Program-made: the position numbers and the translations under genes
DNA from: Bacillota bacterium
Lineage (GTDB): Bacteria; Bacillota_I; Bacilli_A; RFN20; CAG-288
NCBI GenBank assembly: GCA_036830315.1
Contig: DAISOU010000002.1
Location: 45,132-109,131, forward strand
Reading direction: 5' to 3'
Length of the DNA: 64,000 nucleotides
Notes under the pieces: model-generated
Told to the model about the DNA's origin: nothing
The model's input: the letters and a program-made list of their open reading frames with translations, nothing else
Database searches by the model: none
Part shown: piece by piece, positions 9,288 to 18,788 of the stretch
Layout: the number at the start of each line of letters is the position of its first letter
How positions within the stretch are numbered: position 1 is the first letter of the stretch

Positions 9288-10652
9288 ATGGATTTTCAAA
9301 ATATCTGGTCCGTCTTCCGGGCGTCTATCTTTGAATTTGTCTTAGAGATCTTTGTCTTCTATTTCATCTTTCAGTTGGGAATGAAGAAAAGAAAACTCTT
9401 CTACGTGTATTTCATCAATGCTTTCTTCCTTACCTGTCTTCTAGGTTTTGGACTGACTTTCTTCTATGTCGGATACGGGAATACTATCTGGGGAAGAAGT
9501 ATTGTCTATACCTCGATGTTCTTAGTGTCCTATCTTCTTTTGATACCTTGCTTTGATGAATCCCCCTGGAGTGTCCTCTTCTGTGCAATCGGCGCTTATG
9601 CTGCTCAGAATCTAGCCTATCAGGTATATTTGATCGTCTGGTATATCGGTGAGGCCTTTAATGTGTTTCCTCAGATATTCCAAAGAGAATATGCCAGCTT
9701 TTTCTTCTATCTATATTATTATTCTTTTTTCTCGGTCGAGGTTCTTGCAGTCTACTTCCTCTTTGCCAGGAAGATGCGGGATTATCTGAGTCTTTATTCC
9801 GTCAAGTTCAAAGTTCTGGTCTTCTCCGTCTTCGTGATACTGATAACTGTTGTCTTAACTACTATTCAGGATATTTATATTTCCGTGGAACCGACAGTCC
9901 TGAGGATTTCCGGAAATCTTTTGGCAGCTACCTGCTGTGTCTGTATTCTCCTTCTTCTCTCAGGCTTTTTGGAGAAGAAGGAGTCTCAGGCGGAAATCGA
10001 ATTGCTGCAGAGGATGATGAAGGAAAAACAGCAGCAGCTAGAGATATCCAAGGAAAGCATCGATCTGGTGAATATCAAATGCCACGATATGCGTCATCGT
10101 CTTCAGGCAATGAAGGAAGAAGGCAAAGAAGTCAATGCCGAAAACTTCAAAGACTTGGAAGAGTCTGTTTCTCTTTATGATACTAATGCACAGACTGGCA
10201 ATAAGGCTCTTGATGTCATCATTACCGAAAAACAGCTTTTCTGCCGGAAACACGGTATTCGTCTGTCTTTTATTGCGGATGGAAAAGAGCTGTCCTTCAT
10301 GGAAGACAATGATGTCTATTGTCTGTTTGGCAACATTCTCGAGAATGCCTTGGAGGCGGTTGGAAAAGTCACTGACACGGAAAAGAAGACTATCTGTCTG
10401 ACTATCAAGAAGACAGGTCAGTTATTGAGTATTCATGAGGAAAACTACTTTGAGGGAAAAATCCGATTCGAAAAGGGAATGCCTCTGACTTCCAAAAAAG
10501 ATGATCGCTATCATGGCTTTGGAATGAAGAGCATCGAATATATCGTCAGGAAATACAAAGGTGAAGTCACCTCCAATGCTGAAAAATCTATTTTTCACCT
10601 CAATATCATGTTCAGCGTACCAGATACAAGGCCTAAAAAGGCTTCTTTGTAA
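9288..10652 (+). CDS. AgrC/HPK10-like GHKL sensor histidine kinase (TCS-1)
   Basis: ATG at 9288 follows GAGGAAG, 2 nt after the RR stop. About 6 N-terminal TM helices. H-box IKCHDMRHRLQAM, N-box LFGNILENALEA, G-box YHGFGMKSIEYIVRKYKG. Confidence 0.9.
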   Translation: MDFQNIWSVFRASIFEFVLEIFVFYFIFQLGMKKRKLFYVYFINAFFLTCLLGFGLTFFYVGYGNTIWGRSIVYTSMFLVSYLLLIPCFDESPWSVLFCAIGAYAAQNLAYQVYLIVWYIGEAFNVFPQIFQREYASFFFYLYYYSFFSVEVLAVYFLFARKMRDYLSLYSVKFKVLVFSVFVILITVVLTTIQDIYISVEPTVLRISGNLLAATCCVCILLLLSGFLEKKESQAEIELLQRMMKEKQQQLEISKESIDLVNIKCHDMRHRLQAMKEEGKEVNAENFKDLEESVSLYDTNAQTGNKALDVIITEKQLFCRKHGIRLSFIADGKELSFMEDNDVYCLFGNILENALEAVGKVTDTEKKTICLTIKKTGQLLSIHEENYFEGKIRFEKGMPLTSKKDDRYHGFGMKSIEYIVRKYKGEVTSNAEKSIFHLNIMFSVPDTRPKKASL

Positions 10653-10718
10653 ATTCGGTATTATGTCAGATATTTTTTAGAAGAGGTGACAGTTTAAGCA
10701 AAAAAAATGCAGAATAAG

Positions 10719-10746
10719 AAACCGCGTTGAAAGCGGTTTTTTATTT
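10719..10746 (+). terminator. Intrinsic terminator or attenuator after TCS-1
   Basis: AAACCGC-gttgaaa-GCGGTTTTTTATTT. It lies only ~40 nt before the RBS of the next gene, so some read-through is likely. Confidence 0.75.
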
Positions 10747-10799
10747 GTTTAAACTGAGTCTGCGTTTAGGAAAGCGCTATTTCAAGGGAGGACTTGGAA

Positions 10800-12578
10800 A
10801 TGAATATCATGAAGAAAAGAAGAACTGTCACCTTATTCTCAGCCTTAGCTGTTTTAGTAAGCGTCGGTGCTTTAGCCTCTTGCAGTAACGGCGGCTCTAG
10901 TGAAATCAAAACTGAAGATATGATAAAACTGGAAGCTGAAAAAGCCGTTGTCAGGGGAACACCTTCTTCCGGAAGTGCCTTCCTTGTCGAATCGGATGAA
11001 GACAGCAAAGTCCAGGCCACTGGCTGGGAATATATCGGTAATTTAGCCGTTATCGATAATTCCATCACTTGGGTCTTTGAAGGATCCAAAGAAGGAAAAC
11101 AGGATTTTATTCTGACAGTCTCCAATACTCAGATGGCCTCGGTCAAGTTAGAAGACCAGGGCAATATCAAAGTCAATGATGTCGATGCCACTTTCAGTTT
11201 AAGCCTTGATAGCGGAGACGGCAAAGGCGAGAACTGGCAGAAGGTCACAGTCACAGCCTCCAATATCAAGTCGGGATATAACTTCATCGTCTTATCCGTC
11301 AAAGCCAACACTTTGTCTGATGATGGCTCAATCTGTGCTCCTAATGTCGATAACATCTATATCCCCAAAGACGGGAACTCTACTCATACCCATGATTTCA
11401 CCGATACTTCAAGCGGAGACTGTCTGACAGCCGGTTATACCCATTCCGAATGCGATGACTGCGGAATCAGCTATGATCACGATTATACCAATCCTGTCGG
11501 CCATCAAGTCGGCGAAGACGGAATCTGTTCTGTCTGCGGCAAGAAAGTCTATAGCTATGAAGCTGAAAATGCCGATATCAGTGGAGTTGTATCCAGTTAT
11601 GGTTCTGTAATCGATATCAATTCTGCCGCCTCTAACGGCTATTCTGTGGGAAGCTTTTCCAAAGTCGGGAATACCCTGGCTTTTAAAATCGACTCCACTA
11701 TAAGCGATGAAGTGACTTTTGTCTTCCGTCTTTCATCGACTAGATGGGCGGATGGCTCGACTGGCGGAAACGTCAATATCGCTTCTACTCAGGTGACAGA
11801 TGTTCTGACAATCTCCTTGAATGAAACTGAGATAACTCCTAGTTCGATTCTTCCGGGAAGTAATGGAGAATACTATTTCAACTGGGCCAATGCCATCACT
11901 AAAGCCACTGTCAATGAAGGCGAAAACTCTTTGAAGATCGTCTCTAAGACTGATGCCGGCGCTCCCAATATCGACGTTGTTCAGATGACTGCCGACAATG
12001 CTGTTCTCTCCTGGACTGATATCGATAATGTCGGTGACAGCTCTGCTTCACAAAACGAACATAACAAAGTCACTGCCACGATGCCCGATTATGTTCACGC
12101 CAATCAGTTTGTCTATGAGAGCGAAGATGCTGTCATCACCGGCGGAAGCGTTAAAGACAATGAGACCGATACCTCAAACAATAAGTTTGTCGGTGATCTC
12201 TTCAATGGAAATTCCATCACCTATAATTTCACTTCCTCAGAGGCCGGTGTCGGAAACCTCATCTTCAAGATGGCATCAACCTGCGCTATCTGGAATAACG
12301 GCGTTGCCCAGAATATGGTCGACTTCAATCTGGCTGAGAATACTGCTATGACTTTAAATGGAACCGCAGTCGACTTGTCTTCTTTGCTTTTGAAAGGATA
12401 TCCTAGCGAGAACTTCTTCAACTGGAATTACCTTTCTCTGACTGATGCCGCACTTTTAAAGGGTGAGAACATAGTCGTCTTTGAAATTCCCTACTCCTGG
12501 GGCGGACCTAATATGGATAATCTGATTGTCGACAGTGATCTGACAATCGAAAAGACTGTCATCACTCCTCAGGCTTAA
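10800..12578 (+). CDS. Lipoprotein with three CBM6/35-like modules and a Cys-rich insert
   Basis: ATG at 10800 is 7 nt after AAGGGAGGA. Lipobox GALASC. Three module starts carry the [YL]E[AS]E signature of CBM6/35 (KLEAEKAVVRG, YSYEAENADISG, FVYESEDAVITGG). A CxxC-type insert spans 11385-11543. Confidence 0.8.
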   Translation: MNIMKKRRTVTLFSALAVLVSVGALASCSNGGSSEIKTEDMIKLEAEKAVVRGTPSSGSAFLVESDEDSKVQATGWEYIGNLAVIDNSITWVFEGSKEGKQDFILTVSNTQMASVKLEDQGNIKVNDVDATFSLSLDSGDGKGENWQKVTVTASNIKSGYNFIVLSVKANTLSDDGSICAPNVDNIYIPKDGNSTHTHDFTDTSSGDCLTAGYTHSECDDCGISYDHDYTNPVGHQVGEDGICSVCGKKVYSYEAENADISGVVSSYGSVIDINSAASNGYSVGSFSKVGNTLAFKIDSTISDEVTFVFRLSSTRWADGSTGGNVNIASTQVTDVLTISLNETEITPSSILPGSNGEYYFNWANAITKATVNEGENSLKIVSKTDAGAPNIDVVQMTADNAVLSWTDIDNVGDSSASQNEHNKVTATMPDYVHANQFVYESEDAVITGGSVKDNETDTSNNKFVGDLFNGNSITYNFTSSEAGVGNLIFKMASTCAIWNNGVAQNMVDFNLAENTAMTLNGTAVDLSSLLLKGYPSENFFNWNYLSLTDAALLKGENIVVFEIPYSWGGPNMDNLIVDSDLTIEKTVITPQA

Positions 12579-12614
12579 GACCAGACTATTAAAAAAACTG
12601 ACTGAAAATTAACG

Positions 12615-12641
12615 GAAGACCGGACAATATCCGGTCTTCTT
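12615..12641 (+). terminator. Terminator-like hairpin (weak T tract)
   Basis: GAAGACCGG-acaatat-CCGGTCTTC followed by only TT. Confidence 0.45.
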
Positions 12642-12663
12642 AGATGAAATCAAAGGAGACTCT

Positions 12664-15429
12664 ATGAAAGCAAAACGTTTTCTGATTATGAATGTCGCTA
12701 TCATTTCCTCATTGTCTGTTTTACTTATCACCGCCAATATCGTCATTTCCGTCTTTCATAATGCCATCAATCTCGCTCTTTCAGGATCTGGTGCCAATTA
12801 TCAGTCTGCAACAGCCCAGGAAGCTTATGATAAGGGCGCAGAAGTCGGTCGTCAGATTGAAGAAGAAGGATTGGTTCTCCTTAAAAACAACAATGGTGTT
12901 CTTCCTCTTGAAAACACGGAGAAAATAAATTTGTTCGGCTGGGCCTCATCCTCAGTCTTTTATGGAGGAAGCGGCAGCGGAACCAGTAATTCTTTAAGCG
13001 CTTTAGGCTTGCCGGAAGCGCTGAAGAAAAAAGGAATCGAGTGTAATCCTTCTTTAGTTTCTAAGTATGAGGAGTTCCAAAGCTAGAGAAAAGCCTCGGG
13101 TGTCGGAAGCGCCGATTGGTCGTTGCCAGAACCGGCTATTGATACTTATAGCGATGCTGATTTTTCTTCTTATCTGGCTTATTCTGACACAGCGATGATG
13201 GTTATCTCCCGTAACGGCGGAGAAGGAAACGATTTGCCTAAAGGCTATCTCACAATCACTGAAAATGAAAGAAACCTATTAGATAAGATCAAAACGAAAT
13301 TTGAAAAAGTAATCGTCTTAATCAATACTGGCAATGCCATGGAATTAGGATTCTTAGACGATGAGAAAATCGATGCCGCTGTCAATATCGGTTTCCCCGG
13401 TTCTCAGGGACTTGAAGGTGTAGCCAGTGTCATCAAAGGCGAAGTGTCGCCTTCAGGAAGACTGGTCGACACATACGCCTATGATTCTACTTCTGCCCCT
13501 TCTTATTTTGAATCGGCGGTCGATAACAATACTCTGGGCGTATTTCAATATTCCAATAAGGCCGGATACTATTACGTCGATTATAACGAAGGCATTTATG
13601 TCGGATATCGTTATTATGAAACCAGGTATTCACCCGATTCTCCTTCTCATGATGAAGGAATCGATTATTCCTCAGTCGTTCAGTATCCTTTTGGCTATGG
13701 ATTAAGCTATACGACTTTCGATTATGAGTTTGTCAGTTCCTCTCCGGAAAGAAATTCGGATGTTACTGCTGATAGCCAACTAAGTGTAAAGGTGAAAGTC
13801 ACTAACACCGGCTCTGTCAAAGGAAAAGACGTTGTCTCTCTCTACTATACAGCTCCTTATATTGCAGGACAGATTGAGAAATCATACGTCACCTTAGGAT
13901 CATTTGAAAAGACTAAGGAATTAGCTCCTAAAGAAAGCCAGATCTTGGAATTCACTATCAGCATGGAAGATATGGCATCATATGATTCTAATGATATGAA
14001 TAGAGATGGTTTCTGCGGATATACCTTAGACAAAGGAACATATTCTCTTCGTCTGTCAAAGAATTCTCATGAAAGACTGAAGGACGACAGCGCCTTCACT
14101 GTCGACTACAATCTGAAAACCAGTGCCAACATCATCAGAAGATCAAATGATAAGACTGATGTCACTAATCAGTATACTGGTGAAACTGCTGAAAACGGCA
14201 TAAGCGTCGATGGAAGTCAGGAGAAGACAAAAGTCGAATATGTATCCCGTTTGGACTTTGAAGGTACTCTTCCTCAAAAGAAGAGCCGTGAGATGACTTC
14301 AGAAGTCAATGCCTTGATCAATTATAAGACCGTTGATGACAAGGACGATGAGATGCCGAGAGTCAGCGAGGATTCAGGACTTGTCCTCAAAGACATGGAA
14401 GGTTTAGATTACTCGGACCCCAAATGGGAGACTCTCTTAAATCAGCTCAGTGTCAAGGAGATGAAGGAACTAATCGGAAAAGCCGGTTATCTGACAGCGA
14501 GGATCCCTTCTATCGAAAAAAGCAAGACCATCGATTTAGATGGTCCGGCCGGAATCAATGAATCCAATACCACTATCGGAACTGATACGAGTCACGCTGT
14601 CGCTTATCCCTGCGAGACTGTCATTGCTCAGACTTTCAATAAAGATGTCGCCTACTCGATGGGTTATGCGGTTGGAAAAGAAGCCGATGCCTATGGTATC
14701 AATGGCTGGTATGCACCAGCCATGAATCTTCATCGTTCTCCTTATTCTGGAAGAAACTTCGAATACTATAGCGAGGACCCCTATCTTTCCGGAGTTATGG
14801 GCTCTAATGTCTCTAAAGGCGCTAAGGATATGGGACTCTATACTTACGTCAAGCACTTTGCCGTCAATGATCAGGAAACCAAAAGAGATGCTAACGGCAT
14901 CTATACCTGGCTGACTGAGCAGTCCATGCGCGAATTATATCTCAAGCCCTTTGAGATGACCGTGAAAGACGGTTCAGCCACGGCCTTTATGTCTTCTTTC
15001 AATCGAATCGGAGCCACTTGGGCTGGAGGAAGCCATTCTCTTCTGACTACTATCCTCAGAAACGAATGGGGATATCAGGGCATGGTTATCACTGATTGGT
15101 ATTATCCAGGCAACTATATGAATATCGACCAGGGACTGAGAGCCGGAAATGACTGCTGGCTGAACGGCTTGGGTCTGGATGTCACTTTCGATACTTCTTC
15201 CTCTACTTCGGTCAAGAAGATGAGAGAATCCTCTCATCATATCCTCTATACGATTGCCAATGCGACAATCGTCTCCAAGGAAGCCGACAATACCTGGGTG
15301 ATATACGTCTATGTCATCGATGCCATCTTAGTAGTTGAACTGGGATTTTATCTCACTATGACTATCTTTGGATATAAGAAGAAACTGAAGAGCGAATCAA
15401 ATAAGAATGATTTGAAACAGGGTGAATAG
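12664..15429 (+). pseudogene. GH3 exo-glycosidase (GH3-1) interrupted by a single in-frame TAG at 13084-13086
   Basis: ORFs 12664..13086 and 13123..15429 share one frame, separated only by the TAG. The downstream ORF starts at a TTG with no RBS. Together they reproduce the full paralog architecture: N-terminal TM, EEGLVLLKNNNGVLPL, then TAG, then ISRNGGEGNDLP, VQYPFGYGLSYTTF, VTNTGSVKGKDVVSLYY, WYAPAMNLHRSPYSGRNFEYYSEDPYLSG, KHFAVNDQETKR, GYQGMVITDW and a C-terminal TM. Confidence 0.8.
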
Positions 15430-15431
15430 AA

Positions 15432-18400
15432 ATGAAAAACAATAAAAAGAAAATGAAGGCAAAGACTTTTGCCTTCATCATGTCGGGTGCTGTCTTGGTG
15501 ACTGTCAGTTTTGGAATTGTCTTTACTCTTCTGACAACCACTTATTTTGATCCGGTCCTAAGAGACTTCTTCGGTGAACAGGCCAGTGCGACTGGATCAC
15601 TTTCCGGAAGCGATGATGTCATCTATGACAAGATGGATTTTTCTACCGTCAAGGAACTTGAGGATTATGAGACTTCTTTAGTCCGTGAAATCGGCGGAGA
15701 GGGATATGTCCTTTTAAAGAATGACACTGCTAATGGCAAAGGTCTTCCTATTGCCACTGATAAGAACAATAAAACCAAACTCAGTCTTTTCTCTCATTCC
15801 TCGGTTGATATCGTTGCCGGAGGTACGGGGTCTGGTGTCGGAACTTCAAATTTGACTTTAAAAGACGCACTTGAAAACAACAATTATGATGTGAATGACA
15901 CCCTGTGGAATTTCTATGCCACCGGAAACGGCAAAGGCTATAAGAGAGGTTCAGGTTCTATCAATTACGGTCAGGGTGAAGATTGGTCGATCAATGAATG
16001 CCCCTTAAGCAAACTTCAGGGTGAATCAGGTTTACTGGCCTCAACTGATAATTCCACAGCCGTCTATGTTCTTTCAAGAACTGGCGGAGAAGGACGTGAC
16101 TTAGGAAGATCGATGACTAATTTCACTTCTGCTGCCGCTGACAAGAACAAGAGCTATCTAGAACCGGATTCAGTCGAATTAGGTGTCATCTCTTATTTGA
16201 ATGACAACTTTGACAATGTCATCCTTCTTGTGAACACCAACAACGTGATGGAATTAGGCTGGGTAGAAGACTACGAAAACATCAATTCTGTGCTTTGGGT
16301 ACCGGGAGGAGGCGGGGAGGCCGCTAACTCTATTGCTGATGTAATAGTAGGAAATGTCACTCCTTCTGGACATCTGACTGATACGATGGCCTATGACGCT
16401 TTCTCCTCTCCGGCCATGAAGAACATGGGCGATTTCCAGTATACGGTCTCCGGAAACTCAACTGGCTATTACGGCGTCTCTTATGACGAGGGCATCTATG
16501 TCGGATATAAGTATTATGAGACTCGCTATTATGATTCCGTCATGAATCAGGGCAATGTCGGAGACTATGACTATTCGACTTCGGTCCAGTATCCTTTTGG
16601 ATATGGCTTAAGCTATACCACCTTTGACTGGACTAACTATAAGTCATCATCGATGGATAAAGATGGCAACATCGAAATCAGCGTCGATATCAAGAATACC
16701 GGCTCTGTCAAAGGTAAAGAAGTTGTCCAAGTATATCTAGAGTCTCCTTATACTGATTACGACAGAGAAAACCATATTGAGAAGTCAGCTGTGTCCTTAG
16801 TCGGATATGCCAAGACTTCTTTATTGGAACCTGGGTCCAGTGAGACTGTCAAAGTCACAGTAAGCAGAGATGATTTTGTCTCTTATGATGATACTAAGGC
16901 CAAGACCTATATTCTAGACCAGGGAGACTACAATCTGACAGCTGCCTCTGATGCTCATAAAGCAACCAACAATATTCTTGCCAAACACGATAAGGTCATG
17001 GGCGGAAAGATGGATGAAAACGGAAACAAAGACTTTGTCTCTACCTGGACCAATTCAAATTTAGATACTTCAACCTATTCCAAGTCTGAAAAAGGAACTG
17101 AAGTGACTAATAGGTTCGATGGCGATAACTTAGAAGGCTCTAATTACATCAATCGCGACAAATACCTGAGCAGAAACGACTGGACTAATACTTTCCCGGT
17201 GACTCACGGCAATCAAAACCGCAAAGTAAAGAGCACCTATGGCGAAGTAAACGGATATTCCTACCAGGAAGAAATCACTTCTGACTTGAAGAAGAAACTT
17301 GATCTTAAAGGAACATCAGAAGCAGCCAAGACTCCTCTTTCTGACGAAGATGCCGCCAGTAAAGCGGGTGAGATGGGGAAAGACGGAGACTTAGAACTCA
17401 TCGATTATCGCGGAAAAGCCTATGACGACAAGGACTATGAAGAACTGGCCAGTCAGGTTACGACGAAAGAAGCCGGCAAAATCATCAATCTGGCAGGTTA
17501 TACCAGTGAAAAGGCCAGTTCGATTCAAAAGCCTAAGGCAATTGATCTTGACGGACCGATGGGCCTTAACAATATGGCCACCCATGAACCTTATTCAATC
17601 TCCTATCCTTCGGAGGTGACTATCGCCGCTTCCTTCAATGACACACTTTCGGAAAAGCATGGAAACGCCGTAGCCAATGACGGACTTAAGACTACTGTCA
17701 AAGCGTCAGGCTGGTATGCTCCCGCCATGAATATTCACCGGACACCTTTTGCGGGAAGAAACTTCGAATACTATTCAGAAGATAGCTATATGTCGGGAAA
17801 GATGGCAATAGCTGCTACCACCGGTGCCGCAAAGAAAGGAATGTATTCCTTCGTCAAGCACTTTGCCCTCAATGATCAAGAAGATCATCGAAGCGATAAC
17901 GGCTTAGTGACCTGGTGCAACGAGCAGGCTATGCGTGAAATCTATCTTAAACCATTCCAGATGGTCGCTGAGGCAAAGCCGGTAACTATGAGCTACTACG
18001 AAAAAGACAATGACGGAAACTTAAGAGCCAAGACGACTGAGATGCCTCTGTTAAGAGCAGTTATGTCCTCCTTCAATCGTATCGGATACACCTGGGCTGG
18101 AGGAGATTACCGTCTTATTACCGAAGTTTTGAGAAACGAGTGGGGATTCAACGGTTTTGTTCTTACTGATTACAGTCTCGGAGCAACTAGCTATATGCAT
18201 ACGGAACAGATGCTCAGAGCCGGCGGAGACGGACAGTTGACTCAGTATGGAAACTCCTATGCGATCACCAACGATACTCAGGTCTATTATTCGAAGCAGG
18301 CTTTGAAACATATCCTCTTCACTGTCGTCAATTCCAATGCTATGAACGGCTTCAAGAACGGGACTGTTGTTGCCGATACACCTTTCGCCAATTATTACTA

Positions 18401-18524
18401 TATTGTCATCAGCGTCGATATCCTTCTTCTTCTTGCAGTCGGCGGATTTGTCACTCTGACTGTTCTTCGCTTCAAGAAGGAAAAGCAGGGTAAGGAAATC
18501 GCAAAAGAAACCTCTGACATATAA
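15432..18524 (+). CDS. GH3 exo-glycosidase (GH3-2), N- and C-terminal TM anchors
   Basis: Motifs: GEGYVLLKND, LSRTGGEGRDL, VQYPFGYGLSYTTF, IKNTGSVKGKEVVQVY, IDLDGPMGL, WYAPAMNIHRTPFAGRNFEYYSEDSYMSG, KHFALNDQEDHR, MSSFNRIGYTWAGG, GFNGFVLTDY. TM helices sit at both ends. Confidence 0.9.
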   Translation: MKNNKKKMKAKTFAFIMSGAVLVTVSFGIVFTLLTTTYFDPVLRDFFGEQASATGSLSGSDDVIYDKMDFSTVKELEDYETSLVREIGGEGYVLLKNDTANGKGLPIATDKNNKTKLSLFSHSSVDIVAGGTGSGVGTSNLTLKDALENNNYDVNDTLWNFYATGNGKGYKRGSGSINYGQGEDWSINECPLSKLQGESGLLASTDNSTAVYVLSRTGGEGRDLGRSMTNFTSAAADKNKSYLEPDSVELGVISYLNDNFDNVILLVNTNNVMELGWVEDYENINSVLWVPGGGGEAANSIADVIVGNVTPSGHLTDTMAYDAFSSPAMKNMGDFQYTVSGNSTGYYGVSYDEGIYVGYKYYETRYYDSVMNQGNVGDYDYSTSVQYPFGYGLSYTTFDWTNYKSSSMDKDGNIEISVDIKNTGSVKGKEVVQVYLESPYTDYDRENHIEKSAVSLVGYAKTSLLEPGSSETVKVTVSRDDFVSYDDTKAKTYILDQGDYNLTAASDAHKATNNILAKHDKVMGGKMDENGNKDFVSTWTNSNLDTSTYSKSEKGTEVTNRFDGDNLEGSNYINRDKYLSRNDWTNTFPVTHGNQNRKVKSTYGEVNGYSYQEEITSDLKKKLDLKGTSEAAKTPLSDEDAASKAGEMGKDGDLELIDYRGKAYDDKDYEELASQVTTKEAGKIINLAGYTSEKASSIQKPKAIDLDGPMGLNNMATHEPYSISYPSEVTIAASFNDTLSEKHGNAVANDGLKTTVKASGWYAPAMNIHRTPFAGRNFEYYSEDSYMSGKMAIAATTGAAKKGMYSFVKHFALNDQEDHRSDNGLVTWCNEQAMREIYLKPFQMVAEAKPVTMSYYEKDNDGNLRAKTTEMPLLRAVMSSFNRIGYTWAGGDYRLITEVLRNEWGFNGFVLTDYSLGATSYMHTEQMLRAGGDGQLTQYGNSYAITNDTQVYYSKQALKHILFTVVNSNAMNGFKNGTVVADTPFANYYYIVISVDILLLLAVGGFVTLTVLRFKKEKQGKEIAKETSDI

Positions 18525-18528
18525 GAAC

Positions 18529-18562
18529 AAAGCTCCTTGGTCCTCCTCCAAGGAGCTTTTTC
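18529..18562. terminator. Bidirectional intrinsic terminator
   Basis: AAAGCTCCTTGG-tcctcct-CCAAGGAGCTTTTT. Confidence 0.85.
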
Positions 18563-18572
18563 TGTGCCTTGA

Positions 18573-18788
18573 TTACTTCTTTTTCTTTTTGTATATGATG
18601 AGAAGTACTATTCCAGACAAAAGGAAGAATACGAATAAGACAATCATGCTGATACCCATATTGACCCCGAGATTATAGGCGTTGGTATTATCAGGATTCA
18701 TCCTGAGATTATGAAAAGAAGCTCCGGTTATCAGTGATATCAAGGAGAGAGCAAAAGAGATTATCGTAAGAGTTTTTAATTTTTTCAT
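18573..18788 (-). CDS. Small two-TM membrane protein (71 aa)
   Basis: MKKLKTLTIISFALSLISLITGA...MGISMIVLFVFFLLSGIVLLIIYKKKKK. Two hydrophobic helices and a Lys tail. Function unknown. Confidence 0.55.
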   Translation of the reverse strand: MKKLKTLTIISFALSLISLITGASFHNLRMNPDNTNAYNLGVNMGISMIVLFVFFLLSGIVLLIIYKKKKK

